Assembly: GCA_012295275.1 (NCBI GenBank)
Contig: CM022672.1
Location: 4,030,001 to 4,094,000, forward strand
Origin: Chrysomallon squamiferum
Taxonomy: Eukaryota > Animalia > Mollusca
Direction: 5' to 3'
DNA: 64,000 nt
The notes under the pieces were generated by a model that did no database searches, was not told the origin of the DNA, and saw nothing but the letters and a program-made list of their open reading frames with translations. Positions within the stretch are counted from its first letter, which is position 1. Every line of letters begins with the position of its first letter. Of this stretch, positions 15,237-27,936 are shown piece after piece. Made by a program: the position numbers and the translations under genes.

Positions 15237-15632
15237 CCTTTGTTGTTGTTTTTGTTAATTTGCTTTCATTAAAATGAAACTCCATTTATATTTAGATTAT
15301 ATTTCACTACATTATAATGAAGTATGAACATTCAGAAATTGCAACCAAAAACGAAACGTTCAAGGACATAATGCTACATGTACATTGTAATCTAAAGGCG
15401 CGGAGAAAAAGTTTAAATGAGAAAAGTCTAATAAGACTGAGTCCTGCCCAAGCGGAATAAAAAGTGAATTTATCAGATAGAATTTAAGTAATAAAATAAA
15501 ATAGAATAAAATAAAATAAAATAAAATAAAATAAAACAAAATAAAATAAACAACAAAGCAAAACACAAATGTTGTGGGTGTGTTTAATCTTGGTAGACTA
15601 TTAATGAATTATTTATATTTTTCTGCTTTAAA

Positions 15633-15645
15633 TTATTATTATTAA

Positions 15646-15706
<61 letters not shown>

Positions 15707-15860
15707 GAATGCCTGTATAATGACATAATGGCAGTCTTTCAGAATATTTATTTATTTATTTATTGTTGTTCATATCTTATTACCCATGAACATAGAACAT
15801 ATGAAACAGATTTTTTGTGCTTGTTCTGTTTTGGTGTATTATTTATTATTATTATTGTTA

Positions 15861-15923
<63 letters not shown>

Positions 15924-15970
15924 TACTGTTATTATTATTATTATTATTAGTAGTAGTAGTAGTAGTAGTA
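15633..15970. repeat. (ATT)n / (AGT)n microsatellite blocks
   Basis: Direct reading; source of the spurious poly-Ile ORF. Confidence 0.9.
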
Positions 15971-16464
15971 TTGCATATAAATGAGGTAGGGTTTTTATGA
16001 AATTATTTAACTGAAATAAGCAATTTATACATAATTGCAGAAATGAAGTCAGTTAATAATCATGTTCAGTGATCTACATTTTAGATTTCAGTTGGATAAG
16101 AATACTGAAAAAGCAATTACTAAACACAATCATTCCCGGTCTAGCATAGACACGACTAGAATTTCAATTTTGACATTGGCGTGCTTAATTAATTGTGATA
16201 GTCTGTAATTACCTGGGATAAAACGAGTTCCATTGTTACGACCATCACCATAGGATTATTGTACCCATATTCTCTGTGGGGAAATAAAAAAAAAGAAGTT
16301 CCAGTTAATTTACTGTTCAAGTTTTTCTGTGTTAATTTCTTTAGGGTTACTGCGGTTTCCCGTTTAATGATTTTACGAAGAAAAGTAACGGCACTTCACA
16401 TGATTTAAATAGATCTTTTTTCTTGATTAAATTGGTTACGCTGATGAATAATTTAAGCAGTCGT

Positions 16465-16590
16465 GGGAGGGTATTACAGCTCAGAGGTTACGTTGCAAGG
16501 CTGAAGTATGTTAGGCTGCATGAGTAAACCTTCTACGTTTGTCCAGTCAACTATTTCCAGTTCCAGGCAGTGACTCTCATGTGGTTTTTC
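16465..16590 (+). mobile_element. Degenerate tRNA-derived SINE fragment (mollusc-type)
   Basis: A-box-like acagctcagaggtta, and ctatttccagttccaggcagtg resembles a gastropod SINE core recalled from memory. Similar fragments at ~4950-5090, ~7845-7890, ~21945-22010 and ~26610-26670. Confidence 0.35.
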
Positions 16591-17385
16591 TAATGCTGTA
16601 ATTTATTTGTTTGTTTGTTTATTTGTTGTTGTTGTTGTTACTTTTATTGCTATTATTACTAAATAAATTAATAAATAAATATGTTTTTAAAAAAAAAAAA
16701 AAAAAAAATATTTTATATATATATATATATATATATAAACCGAAATAATGCGAAAAACAAAGAAGAAAAACATATGCTCACCTTTTAGTATAAAAGTAAA
16801 CCTTATCTTTGTAATGACGTCATTGCATTGTTTTAAAATAAGATCTATCGGTATATTTTAGTACAAGTTCCGTAAGTTGAAATAATTGGTTTCATGTTTT
16901 TAATTTATAATTTTTAAATTTTGTTTTTATTTCTTTAATTTTTTTCCCCATGTTTAATGCCACTAGCTATGCAACAGGAATCTCTCTCTCTGAAGCGCAA
17001 CAGAAAACGTGTGTAATTATTGTATTATTTAGTAATTATTTGACTAATTAACATAAATATCTTAAACATTTTTTTACTTTATAACTGTCTTTGGGACTAT
17101 CATTGCGAACTTATTTATTCGTCATCATTAATACAATGTATTATAATATTTCGACAGTAGTTCTATTATTTATTTTCTTATGGCTTATTATTTGCAGTAA
17201 CAAAACATACAGAATTCCTTGTTGGACAATGTTGTATTATAATTACTGTTGTTGTTGTTATGTTGTAATTTAACAAGAATGAACAGCAGCTCCGTATACT
17301 ATATATTCGTTTTGTCAGTACATTCATTGAGTTACTTCCCTTTACCGCTAATGATGTATCAAGAGATTTAACACTTTTTGTTGTT

Positions 17386-17428
<43 letters not shown>

Positions 17429-17970
17429 CTCAAGGAAAGAATAAAATCAGAAGAAAAAAAACAAAACGAAACAACCTAAAATAAATAAATAAATAAACCT
17501 ACTCCTGCTAATGAGAAATTGTAAGTTAAACGAAGACAGTGTAACTGAATAGACCAGAATTTTACATCCAAAAGTCGTTGAGTGAAAATTAATCATGCTT
17601 TTGAAGTGTTGTTAGGTTTCAATTAATAACCACTAAGAATAGATTAATATTTATTTTCAATCACATCAACAAATACCATTTCCATGAACTGTTGTGTCAA
17701 AGTCGTTACAAATAAATAGATTTTAAAATATATTACAACCATATTGTTTTTACAGGAAGAACACTATACATTTATTTTACAGTGCAACACAGTGTCAAAT
17801 TACATTAATTTGTGGCCGATTAAATATATATTATTACATTTTGTACAAATTTTTGATTGCGTTCATAATTGTTTGTTTAGCAAGTAGTGAACTAAAATGT
17901 TAAACAGTATTTCGAAATATCATAATTACTCATGTACAAGTTACATCTTTTAACTAACTAAAATCAGTAC

Positions 17971-18039
<69 letters not shown>

Positions 18040-18530
18040 AATAAATAAAATAAAATAATTGTTCCATGAAGACTGGAGCTGTTTTTGTGGGTTTTTTTGA
18101 ACTTCATATTGTCCGACATCAGTATTTATTCCTTGACTTTGGTTTTTGGATGTAGCAAAAGAAATGGTATCCTGTGTTATAAACATTGTCTTACACATAG
18201 AAAATACACAATACATCTCTGCAGTCGTCCAAACAGCAAAATAATAAATAAATAAATAAATAAATAAAATAACCACCATATTTTATTTTATTAAATATCC
18301 CTCTGGTTTATCACTATTAATTCTCCAGGGTTTCTGAAAAAAATGGAGGAGCCGCTGCTGACACTGTGATAAACACAGTTTGAGTTTTATTTATACATCT
18401 TACAATCGTTCGACACCGGTTATGGCCACAATCTAACGTTAAACATAATTACATCAGGTACTGCGTCAGCTCTGAACAGCTTTTTCACTTAGCTTAGCTT
18501 AAAACTATCCAAAAACAAAAATGTCTGAGG

Positions 18531-19670
18531 TCACATGTCTTTGTGCTCGCTCATTCCCGGAAGTAGAACGGTGCAGCGTCCCTCTCTGGCCTGAGTCAGG
18601 TTGACGTCTTTGAGCCAACGGATGATCTGGTTCGTCTTGTCGTTGTTGCAGAAGTTCGAATTCCTCTGCTGAATTTCGTGAACTTCAAAATGCTGCGCCG
18701 CAGCAGCCTGAGATACAATTCTAGACTGGGGATACGATCTCGCTGAAATAACTAAATGTTTTTTCGTTGGCGTGTCCGACGATGACGTCGTCGTCGATTC
18801 GTGACGAGACGACGACTGAAAGCACAATACGGGTTTTTTGGGAGAGCGCTGAGACAGCAATACTGGGGAGGTGAAGGATCGAGTAAGGCGTGGCGGCCGC
18901 GTGTCCACGTTCGGCTGTTTCTCTGCCTCAGCAGCCATGAAACTGTCCTGGGTTAACTTGCACTCAGCATGCAGGTATTTGTTATCTGACGATTTCACCC
19001 AGTTTTCAAGACTGTCCAGAGACTTGCTGGTATTTTTCTCACTGTTCGAAGTCGGGGCGCTGGAGCATCTACTGAAACGTGCGGGTCTTGCGTCAGACGA
19101 TATTTCTTCCTGTCGTTGTATTTTGGGAACACGCAAAACAATTCTGTCCTGACAGAATCCTTTCTGTTTAGAATCTTTAACTGCTGTCTGTCTCACGCTG
19201 TGTGGAGGATCATCAATCTCGTCGCTAGTGACACTTTCTCCAGACGAAGTGTAACCATGACGTCTGCTAATCTCATGCAGACGAACAAGTCTGTCGTCAA
19301 ACTGAACCCGTTTTCCAGATTTCTTGCGAAGAGCACCTTCGGCCATTTTCTTCGTCAGAATACCTCTGAGTTTCTTAATTTCGTCACCAGAACTGTCTGA
19401 TTCGCTGTCTTTGGAAAAACTTTTATTTTTAAGAATTCCCTTCACTTCTCCTAAAGGTTTGGGATTTGTGAGTCTGTGAGTACTGATCGAATGAGAATTA
19501 TTCGCTACTCCGGAGTAAACTTCGTTCTTGTATGGAGAGCGCCAAAATGTCGACACTCCAGCTACTCGTAGGTCTTCCAGAGTTGACTCATTTTTGCTTG
19601 GATAGATTATTATTGACTCTCCCTTCCGAAAGTCTATGGAAGGCAATGACTGGCTAGAAAATTTGATCAT
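18531..19670 (-). CDS. Uncharacterised ~379-aa Ser/basic-rich protein, single coding exon; candidate PP1-interacting protein
   Basis: Long ORF. Acceptor tttcag| at 19711/19710. First in-frame ATG at 19670 (the track start at 19706 is TTG). KGILK and KRVQF motifs. Confidence 0.85.
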   Translation of the reverse strand: MIKFSSQSLPSIDFRKGESIIIYPSKNESTLEDLRVAGVSTFWRSPYKNEVYSGVANNSHSISTHRLTNPKPLGEVKGILKNKSFSKDSESDSSGDEIKKLRGILTKKMAEGALRKKSGKRVQFDDRLVRLHEISRRHGYTSSGESVTSDEIDDPPHSVRQTAVKDSKQKGFCQDRIVLRVPKIQRQEEISSDARPARFSRCSSAPTSNSEKNTSKSLDSLENWVKSSDNKYLHAECKLTQDSFMAAEAEKQPNVDTRPPRLTRSFTSPVLLSQRSPKKPVLCFQSSSRHESTTTSSSDTPTKKHLVISARSYPQSRIVSQAAAAQHFEVHEIQQRNSNFCNNDKTNQIIRWLKDVNLTQAREGRCTVLLPGMSEHKDM

Positions 19671-19758
19671 GACGAAACCTTCAACAGGGAAAAATGGTGA
19701 TGTCAACTTCCTGAAATGATAAACAAAACAATACCTTTAAAAACTGAACATTATTTAA

Positions 19759-19801
<43 letters not shown>

Positions 19802-19900
19802 TCATGGATAATTGATAAATATCACTCCCCATACACTGTTTTTTCTTTTCTTGTTTTTTTTTTTTTTTTTTTTGCAAATGATTAAAGGAGAAAAAAATAA

Positions 19901-19936
<36 letters not shown>

Positions 19937-20018
19937 TACTTAAAACAAATGTAAAAACTAGCTTTTTATTAATTTATCAGATTACAGGTATAATTAAAAA
20001 CTGAATTACCAAATTTAC

Positions 20019-20177
20019 CTGTACCATATAAAAAATTATTAATGCTGAATAATATTTTACCCTCTCTATATTAAGAAATTACGTGTCCTAGGGCTAGACA
20101 CACTTGTAGAGAATAGTAAAACACAACAACGACTCTTGTTAATACAGCGGGAGACTAGTTCAGGTTGCTAAGGACAT
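20019..20177 (-). promoter_or_regulatory. Candidate 5' UTR exon and promoter of the ~379-aa gene, with an X-box-like site
   Basis: Donor CAG|GTAAAT at 20019/20018. GTTGCTAAGGACAT at 20164-20177 is an imperfect RFX site. Other donors at 20744 and 25427. Confidence 0.3.
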
Positions 20178-20967
20178 GTAAATGACGAGACTCAGAGTAG
20201 AGGTTTTGTTTAAGGGTATAAAAAATCGATAGGTTGGTCCCAAGTGTACACTGTGAATTTACATAAGCGTTTATTTCAGGGCTTTACATTATTTCCAGAT
20301 ATTTACTTACATTTTTTTTTTAATGAAAATGCACACAATTAAGTAATTGTATTTCTATGTGAATAAGCAGGCAGATGTTGAACATATGTATGTGTATATC
20401 CGTAACAACATATGTAAAATCAAAGAAACAAACAAAAACACAAAACCGTCCCCAATTCTACCATTTCAGTAAAAAAAAAAAAAAAAAAAAAAATCAGTTT
20501 TTTTTTTTATATGCTGTGTCCATGATTCAGTACAAATAGTTACCCAAAGAATTCAATCCCCACGATTTTACGACGTCAGTATCTATGTATGTATGTGTGT
20601 GTGTTTATACATAATACCAGTTTCAATGTTTTCATTACTTTTTAAAGAACAGATTAAACATAAAAGGTCCCAAGATTATTGACTGAGTTAAAGACACATT
20701 TCCTAAGGGCGCTAACATCACGTTAAAATATCAATAGCGTTACCTTGAAACATTTTCCAAATGTCGCTTGCAAAATGAATCTTTGTATGTCAATTCATTC
20801 CGACCTTATACAAGGCTAGAATATCGGCTAACAATATTTAGCAAGTGTGCGTTATAGGTACAATGTTAAGCAGAAGGATACACACGTTTTGCCATTTCCT
20901 TCATGGCCGTGAAGAAGTTCATAAATCATTTGTATTTTCACCCAGAAAATCATGTTTTTCTATTCCA

Positions 20968-20999
<32 letters not shown>

Positions 21000-21307
21000 T
21001 TTTTTTTTTTTTATTATTATTATTATTTTTTTTGAGTATGGCTATATTAATGTGTTGATCCTAAGCGGAAACAAAAGAGGGTCATATAATTCAACGATTG
21101 CTTGCAGTTCCACGAAATCAAAGTTGGCAGGATCAATCCCAGCCAGTGGTTACATTTTATATTCTAATATATGACCATTATACATTTACAAAGAAAAAAC
21201 TCAAAGGCACATGCTGCCAAATTGATATGGATTCCTATCTTCCTTTTTTTTTTTTTTTTAGTTTCGAAAATTTGTTGATGTTTTTATTATTATTATTACC
21301 ATTATTA

Positions 21308-21533
21308 TCGGTTGAGAATCATTTATCCAAAATGCTTGGGACCGAAAGTGTTTCTGATTTTGGAATAAAAGGAGATAGCTGTAGAATAAGTTTAAGTACA
21401 ATTTTTTTTTCAATAATTTTGTGCATCAAATACAATTTTGGTATGTGAAACAAATAGAAAATTTATGATATTATTTCTGCTGCTCGAAAAAAGTTTCGTA
21501 TTTCGGGTATTTCGAATAGGGGATCCTCAGAAT

Positions 21534-21536
<3 letters not shown>
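21308..21536. mobile_element. Pogo/Tigger4-like MITE (~230 bp)
   Basis: Imperfect terminal inverted repeats (cggttgagaatcatttatccaaaat ... atttcgaataggggatcctcagaatg) flanked by TA. Internal atgcttgggaccgaaagtgtttctgattttggaata and aataattttgtgcat resemble Tigger4/MER46 as recalled. Confidence 0.75.
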
Positions 21537-21588
<52 letters not shown>

Positions 21589-21703
21589 AGATTATTTATT
21601 TATTTATTAATTAATTAATTAATTTATTTATTTATTTATTTATTTATTAATTTATTTATTTATTTATTAATTAATTAATTTATTTATTTATTAATTTATT
21701 AAT

Positions 21704-21758
<55 letters not shown>

Positions 21759-21810
21759 CTTATTTATTTATTTATTTATTTATTATTATTATTATTATTA
21801 TTTATTTATT
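21537..21810. repeat. (ATT)n + (ATTT/AATT)n compound microsatellite
   Basis: Direct reading. Confidence 0.95.
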
Positions 21811-23082
21811 TTATCTATTTTTATTTTTTTCTCTGGCCCCGAGATAGGGTTAATAAATGCATGTAAGTAAATGCAAACCGGACAGTGTAAATGTTCGTCG
21901 AGGTTTTTGTGTGTGTTCGTCGATGCTAAGCTATTTTTATCGAATGGGATCTTGTATACGTTGACAGACTATGGTGTACGTCATTCTGAAAGAAGCCTTC
22001 CAATAAACTGTACGCAGTTATTATAATGTGTCAGCCGTTCAATCGTGTAACTGATCACCAGTCAAAACCTTTCCATTGTATTTCTTTTAATGCATATGTG
22101 TTGTACCGTTTCGCCTGACTGATCAATTGTCTGATCTGTTTATAAAATCGTTTAATACCCATTTTTCTCCTGTCTTTTGATATCAGTACGAGCTGAAGTT
22201 TAATAAATCAATTGGTAAAAGACTGTCATCTTAAAATCGAACAATATTTCTGCTGAATACCACCAGACCTTCGTAAATGACAAATTAAAAAAAAGCTGAA
22301 ACAAAATACTTTTTGTTACCGTTAAACCATGCATCATATTGCAACGTTAGTGCCGACGTAAAATGCCTATCAGAGTACAATGAAAATCGCGTAAACTACA
22401 GGTGGGTAGAAAAAACAAAAACAGGATAAACAGTATCAAATGAATAGCCAAAGCAGTACAGTAATATGCTAAATATAACAGTAAACCATAACACCAATAT
22501 TTACAGGGTTATAACTAAACTATAAAACTGTACAAAATTAACAGTTAACATTCAGAGGCATTGTATATGGTTTTTGTGTCCACAGGTAGTAAGCTGAAGG
22601 AAAATATTTTATTCCCGATTAGAGTATTTACGTTTTCCCATTAAAAAATAGGAAACAGTATACACTGATAAATGATCACCCATAACCATACCCGGATGAT
22701 TAAAGCTGTTATCATATTTCCAGTAAACAAACTATTAATTTTCTTAACGGTTCATTTGATAGACGCGCAAAAGATTTTTAAGGAGAGGAGAATAAATTGC
22801 TATTCTTCTGCAGCTAATGTTATAACGACGACGACTTTGTATAATAAAAAAAAAAATGAAGTTTGTAATTTTTATTTTCTCTGCTTAAGACTTGGTTAGA
22901 AGTTAGGTAACAGATGTGGTGGTTGTAGGATAAAATCATATCCGACTACCACTGGGTTGGAAAGTCAGGATTTGTCTAATGTCGATCTGTTAGGAATAAT
23001 TATATCACAGTTTGAATATTCAGCAAATACCATTCATATAAAAATAGCAATATAAGGAAAATGTGTAAAATAAAGCCCCATT

Positions 23083-23166
23083 AATAATAATAATAATAAT
23101 AATAACAACAACAATAACACCATCACCACTATCACCACCACCACCACCAACACCACCACCACCACC

Positions 23167-23211
<45 letters not shown>

Positions 23212-23233
23212 AATAATAATAATAATAATAATA
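23083..23233. repeat. Compound trinucleotide microsatellite AAT-AAC-ACC-AAC-AAT
   Basis: Direct reading. Confidence 0.95.
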
Positions 23234-24044
23234 AAGCAACAAAGAAATAAATGAATTAAAAGAGCAAGATGAATAACACAGGCACCAGAAATCTAGTTAC
23301 GTTCAGATCACATTAAGTACTGAAAAGGTAATTTTACTCTCGTGCATTCATAGATCACACAGCCTCTCTGTGCAGTTTAAATGATATTTCCAGCCTTGTA
23401 ACCACAGTTAACTACGAAACAGGTGTAAAACAGGTAAATAACAATTAATTATAAAATTCATCGGACTGAAACAGGTCAACCTGTATGAATACAATATCCG
23501 GGACAACAAATTCATCAACACATTGATTACTAACCAAGTGATTTAAGATAAAACGATTTGCCCCAGCGTGTTTAATCCCTCCATTGCATATGATTATGTA
23601 AAGCCTAAAAAATGGGAAGGTGTAAATAGCCAAGCGGGAAAGCAAAGATGCAAGTCATGAATAAAACATATTTTAAAAGTCGTTCCCTCAAGTACACAGT
23701 TTGTGAAGGAAGACGCCTAGTGTGGTTATTGTTATCGATTAACATCAATGGATCTTTCACATTCATATCTTTCCTCATTAATTGTTGTAAGAGTCTTTAA
23801 TAAACTAAAATTATGGTATACTGGCTAGAACGATATTTAACATAATACATTTACCAAGACAGAAATTTCTAATATTACATTGTCTAGGTGGGTTTTTTTT
23901 ATTTTATGTGCACATATAATGCTTAAGTAACTTAAACTGAATATAAAATAATTATTTCTTTTTAACAGCAACAGTCTTTTAACTTCCAAGAAATAAATCA
24001 CAGTACATTTGAAAAAACATAGAAGGTAAGAGACAGTATAATTT

Positions 24045-24179
24045 ATTATTATTATTATTGTTGTTGTTGTTGTTGTTGTTGTTGTTAATTTTTTATTATT
24101 GTTGTTGTTGTTGTTGTAATTATTATTATTGTTGTTGTTGTTGTTGTTAATGTTGTTATTATTGTTGTTGTTGTTATTC

Positions 24180-24233
<54 letters not shown>
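24045..24233. repeat. (GTT)n/(ATT)n microsatellite
   Basis: Direct reading. Confidence 0.95.
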
Positions 24234-24234
<1 letters not shown>

Positions 24235-24898
24235 TTAATCTTATATATAAATCTGTAAATAAACCTGTTTTAAAAATCATTAAATTATTCACCAACACTG
24301 GAAATTACCCGTTAATCACAACAAGAAACAAACGATTATTTTACTAAAATATATGACCAAGACAGATATGCTTCAGCGTCTAATGGAGGTACGTACATGT
24401 CACACAGATCTGGCAGAATGAAGTGAAATACAGCTGCATAGTTGCTAACGGAAAATATCTTACCAATAACACGAAATACTTAACGATAAAAGTATTAATA
24501 ATAAAACTGCATAGCGTAGGCTCCGGGCATGTAAATATATAGAGATATGTCCCCATGTTATTAAAATAAACACAGATTAAAACTGTCTGTCAAAGTTCTT
24601 ATATGAAGTGTTCAGAATAAAATTTTGATTTAAGCTTTAGCATGTCTATGGTGATATGAACATTATGATTAAAACTGCACCTGCATTAATGCAGAACTTT
24701 ATGTTTTAAGAGGTTTTGATTATACTGAATTGTTCTCATACGGCCACCCACCAAGGTTGTATTTAATTTTTGAACAATGAAAACGTGATATTACTGAGAT
24801 ATTCTTTTGCTATATGGTGTTGGAAAAACAAACTCGACATGACTTTTAACACAGATTTTAAGATTTAAATTCATGTGCGTTTTCTCGCTTATTTTAAT

Positions 24899-24902
<4 letters not shown>

Positions 24903-24976
<74 letters not shown>
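24903..24976. repeat. (GA)n microsatellite; others at 27853-27932, 31596-31670 (CT) and 33108-33164
   Basis: Direct reading. Confidence 0.95.
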
Positions 24977-24980
<4 letters not shown>

Positions 24981-25275
24981 GTGGTGGGAAGGTAAAGATA
25001 TATAAATATTAATATTTACGCACTTTTTCACAAAAGACGCTTCAGTATTCATTCTAACCAAACGAATGTGTGAACTTAACAAATACAATTTTCTGTATAT
25101 GAATACTTTCTTCAACTTAGATATATATATACCTTTAAAACATACATAACTAAATATGAATATTTACCGATACATACTCACTATATACTCAGTTTCTATT
25201 AATTAGATCTTTAAAATAAATTATAATATTAGTAAAATATTTTTGCTGGGTAACTTTAGATAACGCATAACATAT

Positions 25276-25329
<54 letters not shown>

Positions 25330-25426
25330 ATACACACACACACATACACACACACACATACACACACACAAATACATTCATGTAAATTACCTTTCATAAT
25401 AATCAATAAACCCACGAATTACTTAC

Positions 25427-25800
25427 AGTTACAGCTGAAATTCCAGTTACGTTGTGACAATTCGCACGTACGTACGTATGTCTGTCACAAACGCCAACTG
25501 TTCGACATAGCCAGCAGAACAACCCAGAACAACCCAGCACTCAGCCCGCTCAACACTGACAATACTGTTAGCAAACTGTGTGCACCGTGGACGCACGTTA
25601 CCGCATGAATACCCCGAGTCAACCCCGGCCACTGAAATCCTATCTCTTAATCGGTTATAATCCACACAGGTATAACAGTAATGTCCCACTGACGAGAACC
25701 TGTTTTAATCTGCTGAGTGTTTTCCACTCCGCGTGCGAACACGCCCGCTGTGCTTGTTACACAGCATGCACAGTGCTGTGCTTATAACTGTATTTCCAGC
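25427..25800. promoter_or_regulatory. CpG/GC-rich non-coding island (candidate promoter, first exon or enhancer)
   Basis: Sharp GC/CpG enrichment against its flanks. Minus-strand donor |GTAAGT at 25426. Clustered TAATC sites at 25648-25710. No credible ORF. Confidence 0.4.
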
Positions 25801-27848
25801 TTTGCGTGACTTGTTTATTTTCTCTTTTTTTTTTTTTTTTTTTTTCCCGTTGTGTTTTACTCCAAAGAGATAAGAAAATGAAATGAAATGTTAAAAAAAA
25901 AGTTTCTTCTCTCCACCCCACTTTTTTTTTGAAAAAGGAAGAGAATATTATGTTTCTTTTATATCGTGTTATTTATTTATTCTTTTTCTATTTCCAGCGG
26001 TTTTAACCCAGCCTTCTTTCGTGTTTTTGTTGTTTTTTAAAAATATTTTTGTATGTTTTTGTGCCAGTTTAAAATAACTAAATAAATAAATAACGATAAA
26101 AAAGGTATTGAAATAAAAAAACACTACCAAAATATAGAAATATAAGTACTAAAACGATAAAAAGAATTAATAACATTAAATAAATAAATAAAAATAACGC
26201 ACAATAAATAAATAATAAATTGTAAAAAAAAAAGAGCAAGAAAATTTAAGTTTGAAGTTAGTATACAAAGTCTAACTTTAAAATGACACACAGACAGAGA
26301 TAAATAAATACTTAAAAGAAAAAAAAAAAAAAGTAAAATTTTACTGAGGTTAAAAAGAAAAGAAATGTACCTGTTTTGATCTTGATTTTACTTTTTAAAT
26401 ATATAAGCAGGTCTTCTCACAACAAATAATGTTAATGCTGAAATGCATACATTACCGAGGAACGTCATTATTTCCGTATAATTATGTTGTTGTTTTCCCC
26501 CCACAATTAACTACAGTTAATATATTTTTATAAACATGACGCACTCGACATTTACTAAGCTTTTCATAAGGATAATGGGTAGGTAGTGGTTGGTGTGGGT
26601 TTTTTTAAACTGAATAGTACAATAGAGGGTTGATCCTACGAACTACCGCTCGAAGGGTTCTTAGCTACATAGTAATCCTTTGTTACAAATTTTTCTCGCT
26701 ATAATAAAATACTGTACATCCTTTGTTCCACTGCTGTAGTATAATTAACATACAAATGAAAATTCTGCACGGACGAGAGATTCTCATAAGATATTAGTTG
26801 TCAAAAGTTTGAAATTCTACCTGAAGTAATAATAAGATTAAATCTCAAAGGATTATTCTGAACGAAGTAGAAGACGCTCGTCAAAGCAAATCGACAAAAC
26901 CCGTTATCGCGTGTTAAGTTCTATCTTGGTTCATATCAGAGTCGAAGGAACATCGACAAATAGGTCTTAACTTTAAACGTGACCGAAGACCGTTATCTGA
27001 AATTACCAATGTTCATTTTAATCCTCCCTTTTCTAGTACTGAAAAACCGAAGAGAACAATTAAAAGAAAAAAATACCATAAACGAAAGAATAGGTGAATG
27101 TTTAGCGAAAGTCTAGCTATAATTGAAACAAAAGCCACCAGTTAAACTGTTGACAAATTACAGTACTAATAAACAGTATAAACATTTCAAAATTTATTAT
27201 TAATATTATTATTATTATCATCTTTTGTATAAAATGTATATGTGTTTGTATTTGCGTAAAGGTAATAAAGATGTTTATTCGCAAAGTTGACTGTTTGGCT
27301 GGTTTTAATTAATTCATAATTATGGTAAAGGTAGGGTCATCTTACAACAGGAGGAAAATGAATATGAGTAAATTACTGCCCCCGGTGTCATTTATATAAA
27401 TGCATGCTAATGCCACTTTGCGTGTTCTTTCTTGTATAATACTGCCCAGGGCATGAATCAGAGTCTGTAATTTCATACCGGTACACGGGTACTATGAATG
27501 ATTCACTGAAGATTTATGTAACGATACTCTCTCTACGTGAAAATAATCGACAAGATCTTTGATGGTTTTTTAGTTGTTTCTTTTTTTACTTTCTTTGCTT
27601 TCTTCTCCCTTCTATAGATTTCTTTTCTTTTCTTTTTCCTTCAGCTATTTCTTTCTTTATTTTTTCAGCAAGTTTAACTTCGTAAACCCCAGAAATCAAT
27701 TAAGCTTAACAGAATCATTGCCTGTTATACATTAGGTATGTAGTACAGTATTATGTCATCACCATCATCCTTAGTAGTAGTATCGGTAGTAGTAGAGGCA
27801 ATAATAGCAAAATAAAATAGTTTTAAAATAACAAACTATAAACTATAT

Positions 27849-27936
<88 letters not shown>

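Noticed and set aside
18441-18500. miR-12 gene
   Set aside because: The seed does not match and there is no complementary arm to form a hairpin; kept only as a possible target site.
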